Shown piece by piece: positions 17,328 to 27,182 of a stretch of DNA of 64,000 nucleotides; within the stretch, counting starts at the first letter, position 1, and every line of letters begins with the position of its first letter. The notes below the pieces were generated by a model. It made no database searches, was not told the origin of the DNA, and saw only the letters and a list, made by a program, of their open reading frames with translations. The position numbers and the translations under genes are program-made. The stretch comes from Polyangiales bacterium. Lineage in GTDB: Bacteria > Myxococcota_A > Polyangia > Polyangiales > JADJQN01. The stretch covers positions 96,001 to 160,000 of the forward strand of contig CAXNJO010000008.1 of NCBI GenBank assembly GCA_964202905.1. Direction: 5' to 3'.

Positions 17328-18845
17328 GTGTTCACGTCGGAATCCGCGCCCGGAGCGTGCGCCGTGGCCCTCCTGGCGTGGGCTGCGACGCTCGTCGGCT
17401 GTGCGGAAGGCCCGCGGGCCGACGCGCGTACGGAGTTCGTCGTCTCGACGCTCACGCGCACGGATCAGGTGTTTGCGCGGGCCCGTCCCGCGCTGCTCGC
17501 CGGCAAATACGCGCGCATGGCGCAGCGTCCGTACGACTTCTATCGGGGGACTTTTTCGCTCTTTCTGGCCGACGTGCGCGATCCCCGCGCGACGATAGGC
17601 GACACACGCTTCGCGATCGATGGACCGCTGCCGCTCGCGCTCGGCGATGCCCATCCCGAGAATTTCGGCGTGCTCGTCGCGGGCGACGGGTCGCTGGCGA
17701 TCGAGCCCAACGACTTCGATGCGGCCGATCGCTGGCCGTATCACTGGGACCTGCGGCGCCTGATCACGGGCGTGCTCGTGGGGGCGCGCGAGTCGAAGGG
17801 CAGCGACGCCGCGGCGCTCGACGCGTGGCGCGCGGCGGAGCCCGAGGTGGCACGCGCGATCGCCGACGCGTACGCGGAGACCATCGCGGCGCTCGCGGAG
17901 GGTGCGCCCCCCGCGCGGCTCGAGGGGCCCGGCAGCGAGCCGATCCTCGCCGACCTCTTCGCGCGTTCGACGCGCGATCTCGCGTCCCGCGCGGAGCTCG
18001 CAGCGCTCACCGAAGTCGACGCCGCGGGCGTGCGCCGCCTGCGGCGAGGACCCGTCGACCCCGACGATCCGCAGGCATTCCTCGCGGAGTTGCCGACCTT
18101 CGCACGCGCAGACGTCGATGCCGCGGTCGCCGCGTACCGCGACACGCTCGTCGCCCCGCCGGGCCCCGATTCGCTGCGCGTGCTCGATGCCGCGCGCGAG
18201 TTCGGCAGTGGCGTCGCGAGCTGGCCCCGCCTCCGGGTGCTCGTGCTCGTCGCCGGGGCCACGCCCGCGCCGGACGACGACGAGATCCTCGAGATCAAGG
18301 AGCTCGCCGATTCGGGCGCGCGCGCGTGGTTTCCGCCGGGGCTCCTCGCGCGCGACGTGGGGGCGCGGATTCGTCGCGTCTCGCGGCTCGCGTGGGCGCG
18401 CGACGACGCGGAGTCGCGCTGGGGTACGTCGCAGTGGCTCGGACTGCCGGTGCAGATCCGGCGCGAGGCCGAAGGCCAGAAGAACGTGCGCGTGGCGCGC
18501 TGGGTCGGGACGCGCGGCACGGTCGAGGCCATCCGCGGGGCGGGCGCGACCCTTGCCCGTCTCGTCGCGCGGATCCACGCGGTTCGTCTCGAGGGCGTCG
18601 ACGCAGCGGGGCCCATCGCGGCCGCTGTTCGCCGCGATCCACGGGGCTTCGCCGACGAGCAGGCCGCGGCGTGCATCGCGTACGCGACGCAGGTCGAGGA
18701 CGATCACGCGCGCTTCGTCGAGGCCCTGCGCGCGCGCGGACCGACGCTGGGGGTCGTGCCCGCGCCGGGCGATGCGCCCCCACCGGATTTCGCCGCGGTG
18801 CTCGGTGCGCCGCCCGCGCCCACCCCTCTCCCGGAGAGCCCGTGA
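17328..18845 (+). CDS. DUF2252-family protein (kinase-like fold) with an apparent lipoprotein signal
   Basis: KYARMAQRPYDFYRGT, GDAHPENFG, NDFD, WDLRRL, GSGVAS, ILEIKE, LVARIH; N-terminal hydrophobic stretch plus LVGC. Confidence 0.8.
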   Translation: MFTSESAPGACAVALLAWAATLVGCAEGPRADARTEFVVSTLTRTDQVFARARPALLAGKYARMAQRPYDFYRGTFSLFLADVRDPRATIGDTRFAIDGPLPLALGDAHPENFGVLVAGDGSLAIEPNDFDAADRWPYHWDLRRLITGVLVGARESKGSDAAALDAWRAAEPEVARAIADAYAETIAALAEGAPPARLEGPGSEPILADLFARSTRDLASRAELAALTEVDAAGVRRLRRGPVDPDDPQAFLAELPTFARADVDAAVAAYRDTLVAPPGPDSLRVLDAAREFGSGVASWPRLRVLVLVAGATPAPDDDEILEIKELADSGARAWFPPGLLARDVGARIRRVSRLAWARDDAESRWGTSQWLGLPVQIRREAEGQKNVRVARWVGTRGTVEAIRGAGATLARLVARIHAVRLEGVDAAGPIAAAVRRDPRGFADEQAAACIAYATQVEDDHARFVEALRARGPTLGVVPAPGDAPPPDFAAVLGAPPAPTPLPESP

Positions 18846-20006
18846 ACGTGATGGTCAGCCTGCTGCCTCGTTCCTCCCTCGGCCCCGCGATCACGCTGCT
18901 CGCGCTGCTCTCGGGCGCCGCGCCGTCGCGCGCGCAGGCACCCGACGCGACGGCTGCGCCCCAGCCGTTCTCGCCCCCCGACGGTTCGCGCGCGGGCACC
19001 ACGTCGCGCGCCGCCGCGATCACGCCGGGGCTCGAGGTGTTCGCGCGCTACGGCGCGACGATCCGGGAGACGTCGGCGGACCCCGCGTGGGATCACGCCT
19101 TCGACGTCCCGCGGGTGCACGCGTCGCTCACCGGGCGCTACGAGGGCGTGGAGGCCCGCGTGCTCCTCGAGGGCGTGCGCTCGACGGCGCAGGGCGCGCT
19201 CGTCGGCGTCGCGACGGACAGCATCCTGCTCCGACTCCGCGAAGCGCGCATCGGCTATCACGCGCTCGACGACGCGCTCGAGGTGCAGCTCGGCATCGTT
19301 CCTCTCCTGACCATTCCCGCGCTGGAGAGTGCGTGGGGGCTGCGCGTCGTCGCGCCCACGCCCCTCGAAGAGAGCGCGCTCGCCGTCCCAGCCGACCTCG
19401 GCGCGCGGGTCACGCTGACGTTGCCCGCGCGGCTCGGCTGGGTGGGCCTCGCGGGCACGAGCGGCGAGGGCTACGCGTCCCGCGAGCTGAACCGAGGCAA
19501 GAACACGGAATTCGCCGCCGAGCTCCATCCACTCGCGTCCGTCGCGCCCGCGCTTGCGCCGCTCGCGCTGCTCGTCTCCGGGGTGTGGGGTTCGCAGGGG
19601 GTGGGCTCGACGCGCGCGCACCGGCTCACGGCGGGGCTCCTGTGGCGTGGTGATTTTCGCGAGGGCGCGCGGACCGACGCGCCCCTGGCGGCCGGCGTCG
19701 CCGTGACGTCCGCGTGGGGCGTCGAGGATGTCGCAGCGCGCGAGGCGCTGCTGATCGAGGCGTTCGCGCGCACGGAGCTCTTCGCGCGGGTCCTCGTCGC
19801 CGCGCGATTCGTGCACGTGCTTTCGCGATCGGCGGGTCGACGCGGATCGCCTCACGACGGCGCTGATCAGCGTGGGTTATCGCGTCGCCGCACCCCTCGA
19901 GCTGCACCTCGCGATCACGCGCGACGTGCCCGCCTCGGCCGCGCGGGCCGCGCTGCCCGGCAGCGATCGCTGGGACCTCGCGCTCAACGCCCGCGCCCTC
20001 TTCTGA
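18842..20006 (+). CDS. Outer-membrane beta-barrel protein, frameshift at about 19822
   Basis: Signal peptide (SRA); HAFDVPRVHASL, LREARIGY, ADLG, GEGY...ELNRGKN; the shifted frame ends WDLALNARALF-stop (C-terminal Phe). Confidence 0.65.
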
Positions 20007-20041
20007 GCCGCGCGTGCGGTTCCTCGAATCCGGAGACGACC

Positions 20042-20746
20042 ATGTCCAGACGCGCCACACGAATCCGCCCTCTCTCACTCGTCCTCCTCACCGCGTTCGC
20101 GCCCTGGGTCGGCTGCGCGGAGGCCGGCGGGGACCCGCCTCCACCGTCGCGTGACGCCGGTCCGCGCGACCTCGGCCCCGAGCCCTCCGATCTTGCGACC
20201 CCACCTCCGGATCTGGGCGGGTCGTCGCCGGATCTCGGGGACACGGACGGTGGCTCGTCCCCTGGCGCCGGCGCGCTCGCGATCAACGAGATCCGCGCGA
20301 CCGGGGACGACTGGATCGAGCTGATGAACACCGGGGCGACTTCCCTCGATGTCTCCGGGCTGCGCGTCGCGGACTACGACGACGTCGCGATGGGCCCGAA
20401 AGTCGCCGAGGCCGTCGCCATCCCGGCCGGGACCACCATCCCCGCAGGGGGGTATTTCGTCATCGTGGCAGACGTCGCCGCACCGCGCGCCGGTCTCCAG
20501 ACGGGCTGTCTCGCCGGGGTCGTGCCCGCGTGTGTGGAGGCGCCCTACGGACTCAGCGGCTCGCGCGGCGACCGGGTCTACGTGCTCGCCGCCGCGAGCG
20601 ACACGGTGCTCCTCGAGGCCGAATATCCTGGGCCCGGCGCGCCGACGACGGTGCCCGACGGGAGCACCTGGGCACGCCTTCCGAATGGCACGGGGGCGTT
20701 CGCCGTCGGCGCGCCCACGCCCGCGGCCGAGAACGCTGGGCCCTGA
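20042..20746 (+). CDS. Lamin-tail-domain (LTD) lipoprotein
   Basis: Lipobox WVGC; LAINEI...DDWIELMNTG...IPAGTTIPAGGYFVI...WARLPNGTG...PTPAAEN. Confidence 0.85.
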   Translation: MSRRATRIRPLSLVLLTAFAPWVGCAEAGGDPPPPSRDAGPRDLGPEPSDLATPPPDLGGSSPDLGDTDGGSSPGAGALAINEIRATGDDWIELMNTGATSLDVSGLRVADYDDVAMGPKVAEAVAIPAGTTIPAGGYFVIVADVAAPRAGLQTGCLAGVVPACVEAPYGLSGSRGDRVYVLAAASDTVLLEAEYPGPGAPTTVPDGSTWARLPNGTGAFAVGAPTPAAENAGP

Positions 20747-20763
20747 GTCCCGCGCGGACGCGC

Positions 20764-22387
20764 GTGGCAAACTCCCCGGCTCGTTCCGAACGGAGCGCGC
20801 ACGCGCCGTCTTCTCCCGTCGTTTCTGCTCGCGCTCGTCTTCCTCTTCGCCGCCTGCGAGAAGGACGAAATCCTCCTCTCGGTCGACGTGCAGACGGGGT
20901 TGGTCCCCGGCCCCGAGTTCCAGCGCGTCGAGACGACGCTCTTTCGCACGGCGGGCGGGCGCTTCGACTCCAACGAGGTCGACCGCATCATCACGAGGGA
21001 TGTGCGCTTCCCCGATCGCTTCGAGCGCGGGCGCCGCGTCGCCGAGTTCGGTGGGCTCACGCCGGGCGTGCGCTCGGTGCGCGTGCGCCTCTTCCGCCCC
21101 GCCGACGCGGGCGGCGCGCTCCTCGTCGAGCGCTGGGTGCGCGTGAAGTTCTCGGGCAGCTACGCGCTCCTCGTCCGCCTCGACCGCGACTGCGTCGCTG
21201 CGACCTGCCCGTCTCCCGGCGGCTCGCCCGCCTTCACCGAGTGTCTCGTGGGGCGCTGCGTCGATCCGGAGTGTGATCTCTCCGATCCAACCACCTATGC
21301 CGACCACTGCTGTGATCCCGCCGCGCCGGCCTCCGACTGCCCGAACATCCTTTATTGCAGCGATGTGAGCGAGTGTGTCGCGGTGGGCGCGTGCGCCGAG
21401 GCGCAGTGCATCGACGGTGCGTGCGTGGAGTCACCCATCCCGGACGCCTGCGCGCCCGTCGAGTGGTGCGATCCGAACCCGGTGAGCGGCGGATGCCGCC
21501 CGCTCCTCTCGGTGGACGACGCGGGGCCGCGCGACGCGGGTGTCGATGCCGGCGAGTTCGACGCGGGAGAATCCGATTCTGGCGTCGATGCAGGGGAGTC
21601 GGACGCCGGCGTCGACGCGGGAGATCGGGATATGGGCACGATGTCCATGGATTCGGATCTCGGCTTCGACGCGGGCGCACCGGGCCTCGGCGTCGATGCG
21701 TCTCTCGACGCGGGCGCACCGGACCTCGGCGTCGATGCGTCTCTCGACGCGGGCGCACCGGACCTCGGCGTCGATCCGTGGACGGGGCGCGTCGCGGCGT
21801 ACGTGAAGGCGTCGAACACGGGCGCGTTCGACCAGTTCGGGGGGGCCGTGGCGCTCTCGGCGGACGGCGCCGTGCTCGCGGTCGGAGCGTTCCGCGAGGC
21901 GTCGGCGTCGACGGGTGTCGGTGCCGACGCGACCGACGATTCCGCAGTCGATGCGGGGGCGGTCTACGTCTTTCGCAGGTCCGCCACGTGGGCGCAGCGG
22001 GCCTATCTGAAGGCGTCGAACACGGCCGCGGGGGGCTCGTTCGGGTGGTCCGTCGCGCTCTCTGCGGACGGCGCGACGCTCGCGGCCGGTGCGCCCGGTG
22101 AATCCTCGGCGGCGACGGGCCTCGGCGCGCTCGGGATGTTCGGAGTCGCCGCGAGCTCAGGCGCGGTCTACGTCTTTCACGATGGCTCGATGGGGTGGGC
22201 GCCAGCTGCGTACGTGAAGGCGGCGAATACCGGCGCCGGTGATACCTTTGGCCGGTCCGTCGCGGTCGCCACGAATGGCAACGTGCTCGCCGTCGGCGCG
22301 GCCACGGAGGACTCCGCCGCGACGGGCATCGGCGGCGACGGCGCGAGCAACGCCGCTGTCGACTCAGGCGCTGCGTACGTGTATTGA
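20764..22387 (+). CDS. Lipoprotein with Cys-rich region, DAG linker and three FG-GAP/integrin-like 'YVKASN' repeats; start unresolved
   Basis: In-frame LFAAC lipobox upstream of 20888; YVKASNT..DQFG..VALSADG..LAVGA..SGAVYVF three times. Confidence 0.7.
21666..21775. repeat. 39-bp in-frame tandem repeat (DAGAPDLGVDASL), about 2.8 copies
   Basis: Units start at 21666, 21705 and 21744. Confidence 0.9.
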
Positions 22388-22404
22388 GCGCGCCCGCGCC
22401 CGAT

Positions 22405-22540
22405 CGTCACCCACATCCCCCGCGACCTTCAGGACCGACCGGTCTCCGCCGCGACGACGCCGCACCGCTTCCGCCTCGACATCGGGCGTGAACGACCGTC
22501 GCGTCCTCCGTGTCTTCTGGGTCGGCTCCTGCTGCTTCTC
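22405..22540 (-). mobile_element. Degraded IS3-family transposase OrfA (HTH) fragment
   Basis: KTRRTRRSFTPDVEAEAVRRRRGGDRSVLKVAGDVG resembles RRxFTPEFKAEAVRL..GxxSVxxVAxDLG. Confidence 0.6.
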
Positions 22541-22663
22541 CCTGCGGCACGCACGGGGCACGGTCGCGCAGCCTGCGGCGGGCAAGGGGGGCGTGCTCGA
22601 ATCGCGGATATGGATTCTCCCGCAGGGAGAGTGGGATTCTGAACAGACCCCTTCAGCCGCCTG

Positions 22664-22822
22664 CTACGCAGCGCGGCGCCCGTGAATCACCCGGAGCAAC
22701 ACGGCCACGAGGGCGAGGACGAGCAGCACGTGGATGAGGCCGCCCAAGGTGTGGGACGTGGTCAATCCGAGGATCCAGAGGATGACGAAGACCACCGCGA
22801 CGGCCCAGAGGAGATTCGACAT
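22664..22822 (-). CDS. lmo0937-family small membrane protein (52 aa; absent from the ORF track)
   Basis: Manual translation: MSNLLWAVAVVFVILWILGLTTSHTLGGLIHVLLVLALVAVLLRVIHGRRAA; GAGGT RBS upstream. Confidence 0.85.
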   Translation of the reverse strand: MSNLLWAVAVVFVILWILGLTTSHTLGGLIHVLLVLALVAVLLRVIHGRRAA

Positions 22823-22862
22823 CGAGCACCTCGTTGGTTCGAACGGTTCCGGGTGAGCACGT

Positions 22863-23153
22863 CTAGTGGGTCAGCTTCTTGAAAGCGTCTTCGAGCTCCT
22901 TCCAGGAGCTGTCGATGTCGGCCTTGAAGGTGTCCCACTTGTCGCTGCCCGCGGCCTTCAACGCCTCGAGCTTGGCTTGCGCCGAATCGATCTTGGCCTT
23001 GAGTTCGTCCGCCTGTTTGCGGGAGGCGATCTTGGCCTCGTGGCCAGCCACTTCGCCCTTGGCGATGGCCTCCTTGAGCCTGGCGCCCCAGAGCTCGAGT
23101 TGGTCCTCGAGTCTGGTGATCGTGCGGTCGATGCGGCCTTCGATGTTCGCCAC
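22863..23153 (-). CDS. Small coiled-coil protein (sll1863-like stress protein family)
   Basis: QLELWGARL...KLEALKAAGSDKWDTFKADIDSSWKEL; GGAGG RBS. Confidence 0.75.
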   Translation of the reverse strand: MANIEGRIDRTITRLEDQLELWGARLKEAIAKGEVAGHEAKIASRKQADELKAKIDSAQAKLEALKAAGSDKWDTFKADIDSSWKELEDAFKKLTH

Positions 23154-23535
23154 GGTGTCCTCCCGACGCTTTCGCGTCCGCCCCGACGCGATGCATCCGG
23201 TGTGCCCGGCGACGCGGCGCGTCGCCGACGCGCTGAGCCGGAGAGGGAAAGGGGGGGACTGGGATAAGCCCCGCGACGGCGCGACGCGGCGCGCGTCACG
23301 CTCGCAACGCCGTCGGCGTCGTCGCGCGGACGCGGAGAAGGGCGCAAAGGGCGCGCGGGACGGCGAACCCTTTGCGCGCGGCGTCGGCGACGCGGCACAT
23401 CGCGGCCCTGGCCCGATGCCCCCGCGGGAGCGGGGCGCGCGTCAGAACGGACGGCGACGTCGTGTGCGAGCGCCGACGGCGACGAATGGGTGCGTCGCCG
23501 TCATCGACCCGGACCTGTCGCCGCCGGGGAGGCGC

Positions 23536-24714
23536 TCAGGGCGCGGGGGCCGTACCGCCCTGCCCGGCGCGCTGGAAGAAACGGCCCGCATTGCCCGCGG
23601 GCACGAGCTGGCCCGACATCTCCTGGAAGCGCACCGTGACTTCCGGGACGGGCTCCCCGGTCTCGATGCGGTGGCCGAACGCCGCCGTGATCCGGAGTCG
23701 ACGCGCGTCGCCCTCACCCTCCCACGCACAGCGGGCGGACTGCGCGGGCTGCCCTTCGAGGTTGAACCCCGTGCACTTCGGCGTCGTGCGGAGGCCCTGA
23801 ATCAGCCAGTAGCCACGCTCGGTCGCGAGGGTCGGACCGCTCTCCGCGATGGGTTGCGCGGCGCCATCGGGGCCCACCGTCAGGAACAGCGTGTCACCCG
23901 CGACGACGGCCGAGTCGAAACCGACGGGCGCGCCGCCGTTGCCACCGTCCTTCATCGTGTTGAAGAAGCGCGTGCCGCTCGTCGGCGTGAAGCGATAGGT
24001 GTTGACGAGATTCTCGCCCGACGTCATCGCGACCGTCCGCGTCGCGTCTCCCTCGGCGGTGAAGGCCCACGTCTCGCGGCCGTCGCGGTCCCAGGTACCG
24101 ATCAACGCCGTGCGGAGCGCAGCGGCCGCCGCGGCGTCCCTCACCTCACGCTCGGCGACGTTCCACGGCACGTCGAACACGGCCGGACGAAGGGTCAGCC
24201 GCTCGGCGAAGGGCCTCCCCTGATTGAGTTTGCAGCGCGCAAGGCCCGTGAAGGCGTTGTCGGCTGTCTCGATGCACGCGAGAACCTCGGGCGTGGCCGT
24301 GGCGCACTTGTCCGTGAACGCCCGCCCATAGAAGGGCCGGAGTTGATCCGCGGTGAAGCGAGACTGCGCCTCCGTCGCGCCCAGATAGCTGAGCATGCGA
24401 CCCACATCCTCGAGGAGGATCCCAGAGAGCCGCGCGCAACGCGTGGCCGCGTCGCCCGACTGCGGCGTGCGCGCGGTCGTCGGCGCCGCGAGCTGCGGCG
24501 CGCCCTCTGCGGTGATCACCGCGTCCCGGGACGGAGCGCCGCCCCAGGCCTCCGGTGGTCTCGCGGAAGCGGCCGGAGCCGCGGGCGGCACCGGGGCAGG
24601 CGCGGGTACGACCGCCGGGGAGGGGGCGGGTGACGGGGCGGGTGAGGCGGCGGGCGACGAGCAGCCGACCGCCATCGCGAGGACCAGAACCGCGGGGACA
24701 CGAATGGGATGCAT
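23536..24714 (-). CDS. Hypothetical lipoprotein with Pro/Ala-rich linker
   Basis: Lipobox AVGC; protein-like composition with Cys cluster. Confidence 0.7.
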   Translation of the reverse strand: MHPIRVPAVLVLAMAVGCSSPAASPAPSPAPSPAVVPAPAPVPPAAPAASARPPEAWGGAPSRDAVITAEGAPQLAAPTTARTPQSGDAATRCARLSGILLEDVGRMLSYLGATEAQSRFTADQLRPFYGRAFTDKCATATPEVLACIETADNAFTGLARCKLNQGRPFAERLTLRPAVFDVPWNVAEREVRDAAAAAALRTALIGTWDRDGRETWAFTAEGDATRTVAMTSGENLVNTYRFTPTSGTRFFNTMKDGGNGGAPVGFDSAVVAGDTLFLTVGPDGAAQPIAESGPTLATERGYWLIQGLRTTPKCTGFNLEGQPAQSARCAWEGEGDARRLRITAAFGHRIETGEPVPEVTVRFQEMSGQLVPAGNAGRFFQRAGQGGTAPAP

Positions 24715-24959
24715 GGGACCTTCCGACGCGACACGAAAGACGACGGGCGGTGGAGTCGTCGCTCGCTGCCGCCGCGCGAATTAGGATGAGCGCTTGCGCG
24801 CGCGTCAAGTCTCTCGTGCGCCGCGAAGTACCGCTCTGGCGGGTATGCGGCGCGTGGTACCTGCGCTGGGAATCAGGCCGAGCCCTTCGTCACCGCGCTC
24901 ATGCAACATCGTCGCTCCACGGGCGACCAAACCCAGCGCGCAGTTCACCTGCCGCGCCG

Positions 24960-25769
24960 TCAACCCATGGATTCGACTTCGAACTCATCCTCGACGCGGA
25001 GTCGCATCTCGAATCGGAATCCGGGCCCCGTGCTGGTCTGGATCCGTGCGCGCAACTGTCTGGCCAGCGCCTGGACGATGCGGGTGCCGAGGGAACGGGT
25101 GTGGCCCGAGCCCCACGCCTCGCTCAGGCCGGGGCCGTCGTCGGCGACCGAGATGTGCACCTCGCCCTCTCGCTGGATGACCGCGATCGCGAGGCGGCAG
25201 CGGCCGTCGGCGGAGCGCCCGTGTTTCAGGGCGTTCGCGATCACCTCGTTCAAGATCAGTCCACATGGCAGCGCCGTGCCGATCGGGACCGTGATCCGCT
25301 CGGTCTCGAACTTCAGGTCCGCCCGCGGCTCGAGCGCGCCGACCAGCGTGCGCGCCAGTGACTCGGCGTAGGCACCCAGCTCGATGTTCGCGAGATCATC
25401 CCTCCCGTAGAGCTGCTCGTGAATGAGCGCCATCGCGCGAACGCGGTAGGTGCTGTCGTGCAGGATCTCGCGCACCGGCGAGGCCGCGTGAACGTCAGCC
25501 TGCATGTCGAGCAGGCTCGCGATGATCTGCAGGTTGTTCTTGACGCGGTGATGAACCTCTTTGAGCAGCAGTTCTCGCTCTTCGAGCGCGCGACGGAGGT
25601 CGGCGGTGCGCTTGTCGACCTCGCTCTCGAGGTGCGCAGCGAGCGCACGCAGCTCCTGGTTCGCGCTGTAGAGTTCGAAACTCTTCTCCTCGAGGAGATG
25701 CTCGGCAGCTTCACGGGCTCTGCGCTCCCGCTCGAGCCTGCGGCGCCATGTCTCCTCGTCATCCGCCAC
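24960..25769 (-). CDS. Sensor histidine kinase, HisKA_2 type, coiled-coil N-terminus
   Basis: LLKEVHHRVKNNLQIIASLL, NEVIANALKHG, DDGPG, SLG; GTG start overlaps the H-NOX stop. Confidence 0.85.
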   Translation of the reverse strand: MADDEETWRRRLERERRAREAAEHLLEEKSFELYSANQELRALAAHLESEVDKRTADLRRALEERELLLKEVHHRVKNNLQIIASLLDMQADVHAASPVREILHDSTYRVRAMALIHEQLYGRDDLANIELGAYAESLARTLVGALEPRADLKFETERITVPIGTALPCGLILNEVIANALKHGRSADGRCRLAIAVIQREGEVHISVADDGPGLSEAWGSGHTRSLGTRIVQALARQLRARIQTSTGPGFRFEMRLRVEDEFEVESMG

Positions 25770-26307
25770 TACATGGACTCCCGGACCAGCCGGAACGGAA
25801 CGCCGTCGGGCTGGCGGGGCAGCCGCTCGAGCCGGATTCGGCTCGCCGAAATGCGCGATGGCGCCGAGGATCAATCCTTCGGCGAGATCCTCGAGGTTGC
25901 GATTCGAGCGATACACGAGGGTCATCGTCGTCGCGTCGCGCTCGCGCACGGTCAGCTCCGGGAGCTCGACGTCGGCGTAGAGCTTGCGGACCTCGACGTG
26001 GATGACCGCTTCGACGTTCGCGAGGAACGTGAAGATCGCCGTCGACGGCGAAGAACTGCGGGTACCGCGCATGGAAGCGCCCGAGCAGGTGCGTGCCGAA
26101 TGCGCGCAGCGCGTCGGGCGTCGTCGTGTGCGCATGCTTCGCGTACGCGACCACGAGCTTGCCCATCTCTGCGTGGTCGTAGGTGCCGACGGCCGTGTAC
26201 GCGCCGCCGTTGGGGGGCGCTGCGTCGGCGAGGACGGCGTCGAGCATGTCCTCGGAGTGGACGTTGCGCACCATGTCGAGAAATTCGGTGAAGACGACGC
26301 CTTTCAT
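25769..26307 (-). CDS. H-NOX (heme NO-binding) domain protein, frameshifted at about 26035 and 25838
   Basis: MKGVVFTEFLDMV, YTAVGTYDHAE, IHVEVRKLY (proximal His), YRSNR (YxSxR). Confidence 0.85.
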
Positions 26308-26704
26308 CGAGCCCTTTCGTGTGGACGTTTCTCGTCGTGAGTTCTCACGGGGTATCTGAACGGTCGACGCGCCCGCTGGCTGAACGCGCACACCGCGCCC
26401 CGCGAGTCGCCGTCGAGCGTGACTGGGGGGACGTCGTGTTCCTCGCAGGATGTCCCTGCGGACAGGAAGAATATCGACCAGCGACCACCATGACGCATCG
26501 AGACCGCATTTGTCTTCCGAAACTCCCTCCGCGAGCGTTCGACGCCGAATGAGCGCGTGTGTGTCCGCGATGCCGATGCTTCACGCGTGCGGTGCGCGGT
26601 GACGGCGCAGCTCCTCGCACAGATCGTGGTCGCGGTGCTCGTGCTGGTGGGCGGCGGGGTCGTGATGGGGGCCGTCGTGCGCGGGTTGTTTGCGCCCAAT
26701 TCCG

Positions 26705-27182
26705 CGCTCGCGCAGGCGGAGCAATGGACTGCGCGCGTGGGCGCATCGTCGAAGACCCCGCGCGCTTCGCGGCGGCGCACATCGCCGCGGGCTTTCTCGT
26801 CAGCGACGCGCGCCCCGCTCCCGCGCGGCCCGTGCTGCTCTCGTTTGGCACGGTCGATGGGCCGAGCCTCGCGCGGACGGGCGTGCTCGCGGACCCGAGC
26901 GACAACCTCCGCGCGCTGCCCTTCGGCCCCGAGCTCCTGATGGAGCCGACGACGGCGGCGCGCTTCGCGGGATGGCAGTCGCGCCTCGGGCTCAGCGGGG
27001 GCCCGATGACGGTCGCCGCCACGATCCGCCGCATCGACACGCTGCGCTTCGCCTACGCGGGCGCGCCGCCGCTGCGCTTCGAGGCGCTCGTCATCGACGG
27101 GATGGGCCACGTCTACGGCGACGGGACCAACCACCCCATCGACATCGCCGCGGTGGCCTGGGCCTTCTTCGCCGGCCGTTAG
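26705..27182 (+). pseudogene. C-terminal fragment of a PHB-depolymerase/esterase-like alpha/beta hydrolase
   Basis: GGAM...PARFAAAHIAAG, PVLLSFGTVD, IDGMGHVY...AWAFF; N-terminal half missing. Confidence 0.55.

Noticed and set aside
17357..20746. 1129-aa barrel-LTD fusion ORF
   Set aside because: Composite of a shadow frame, a barrel gene with a frameshift and a separate lipoprotein with its own ATG and lipobox
21666..21775. 39-bp repeats as a mobile or CRISPR-like element
   Set aside because: In-frame low-complexity linker expansion within a lipoprotein
23154..23535. Possible ncRNA or REP element in a 380-bp intergenic gap
   Set aside because: Only generic GC-rich self-complementarity; no recognisable motif
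24960..26135. H-NOX-kinase fusion protein
   Set aside because: Better explained by an indel near 25838; an alternative frame gives a normal H-NOX end (TAG) overlapping the kinase GTG
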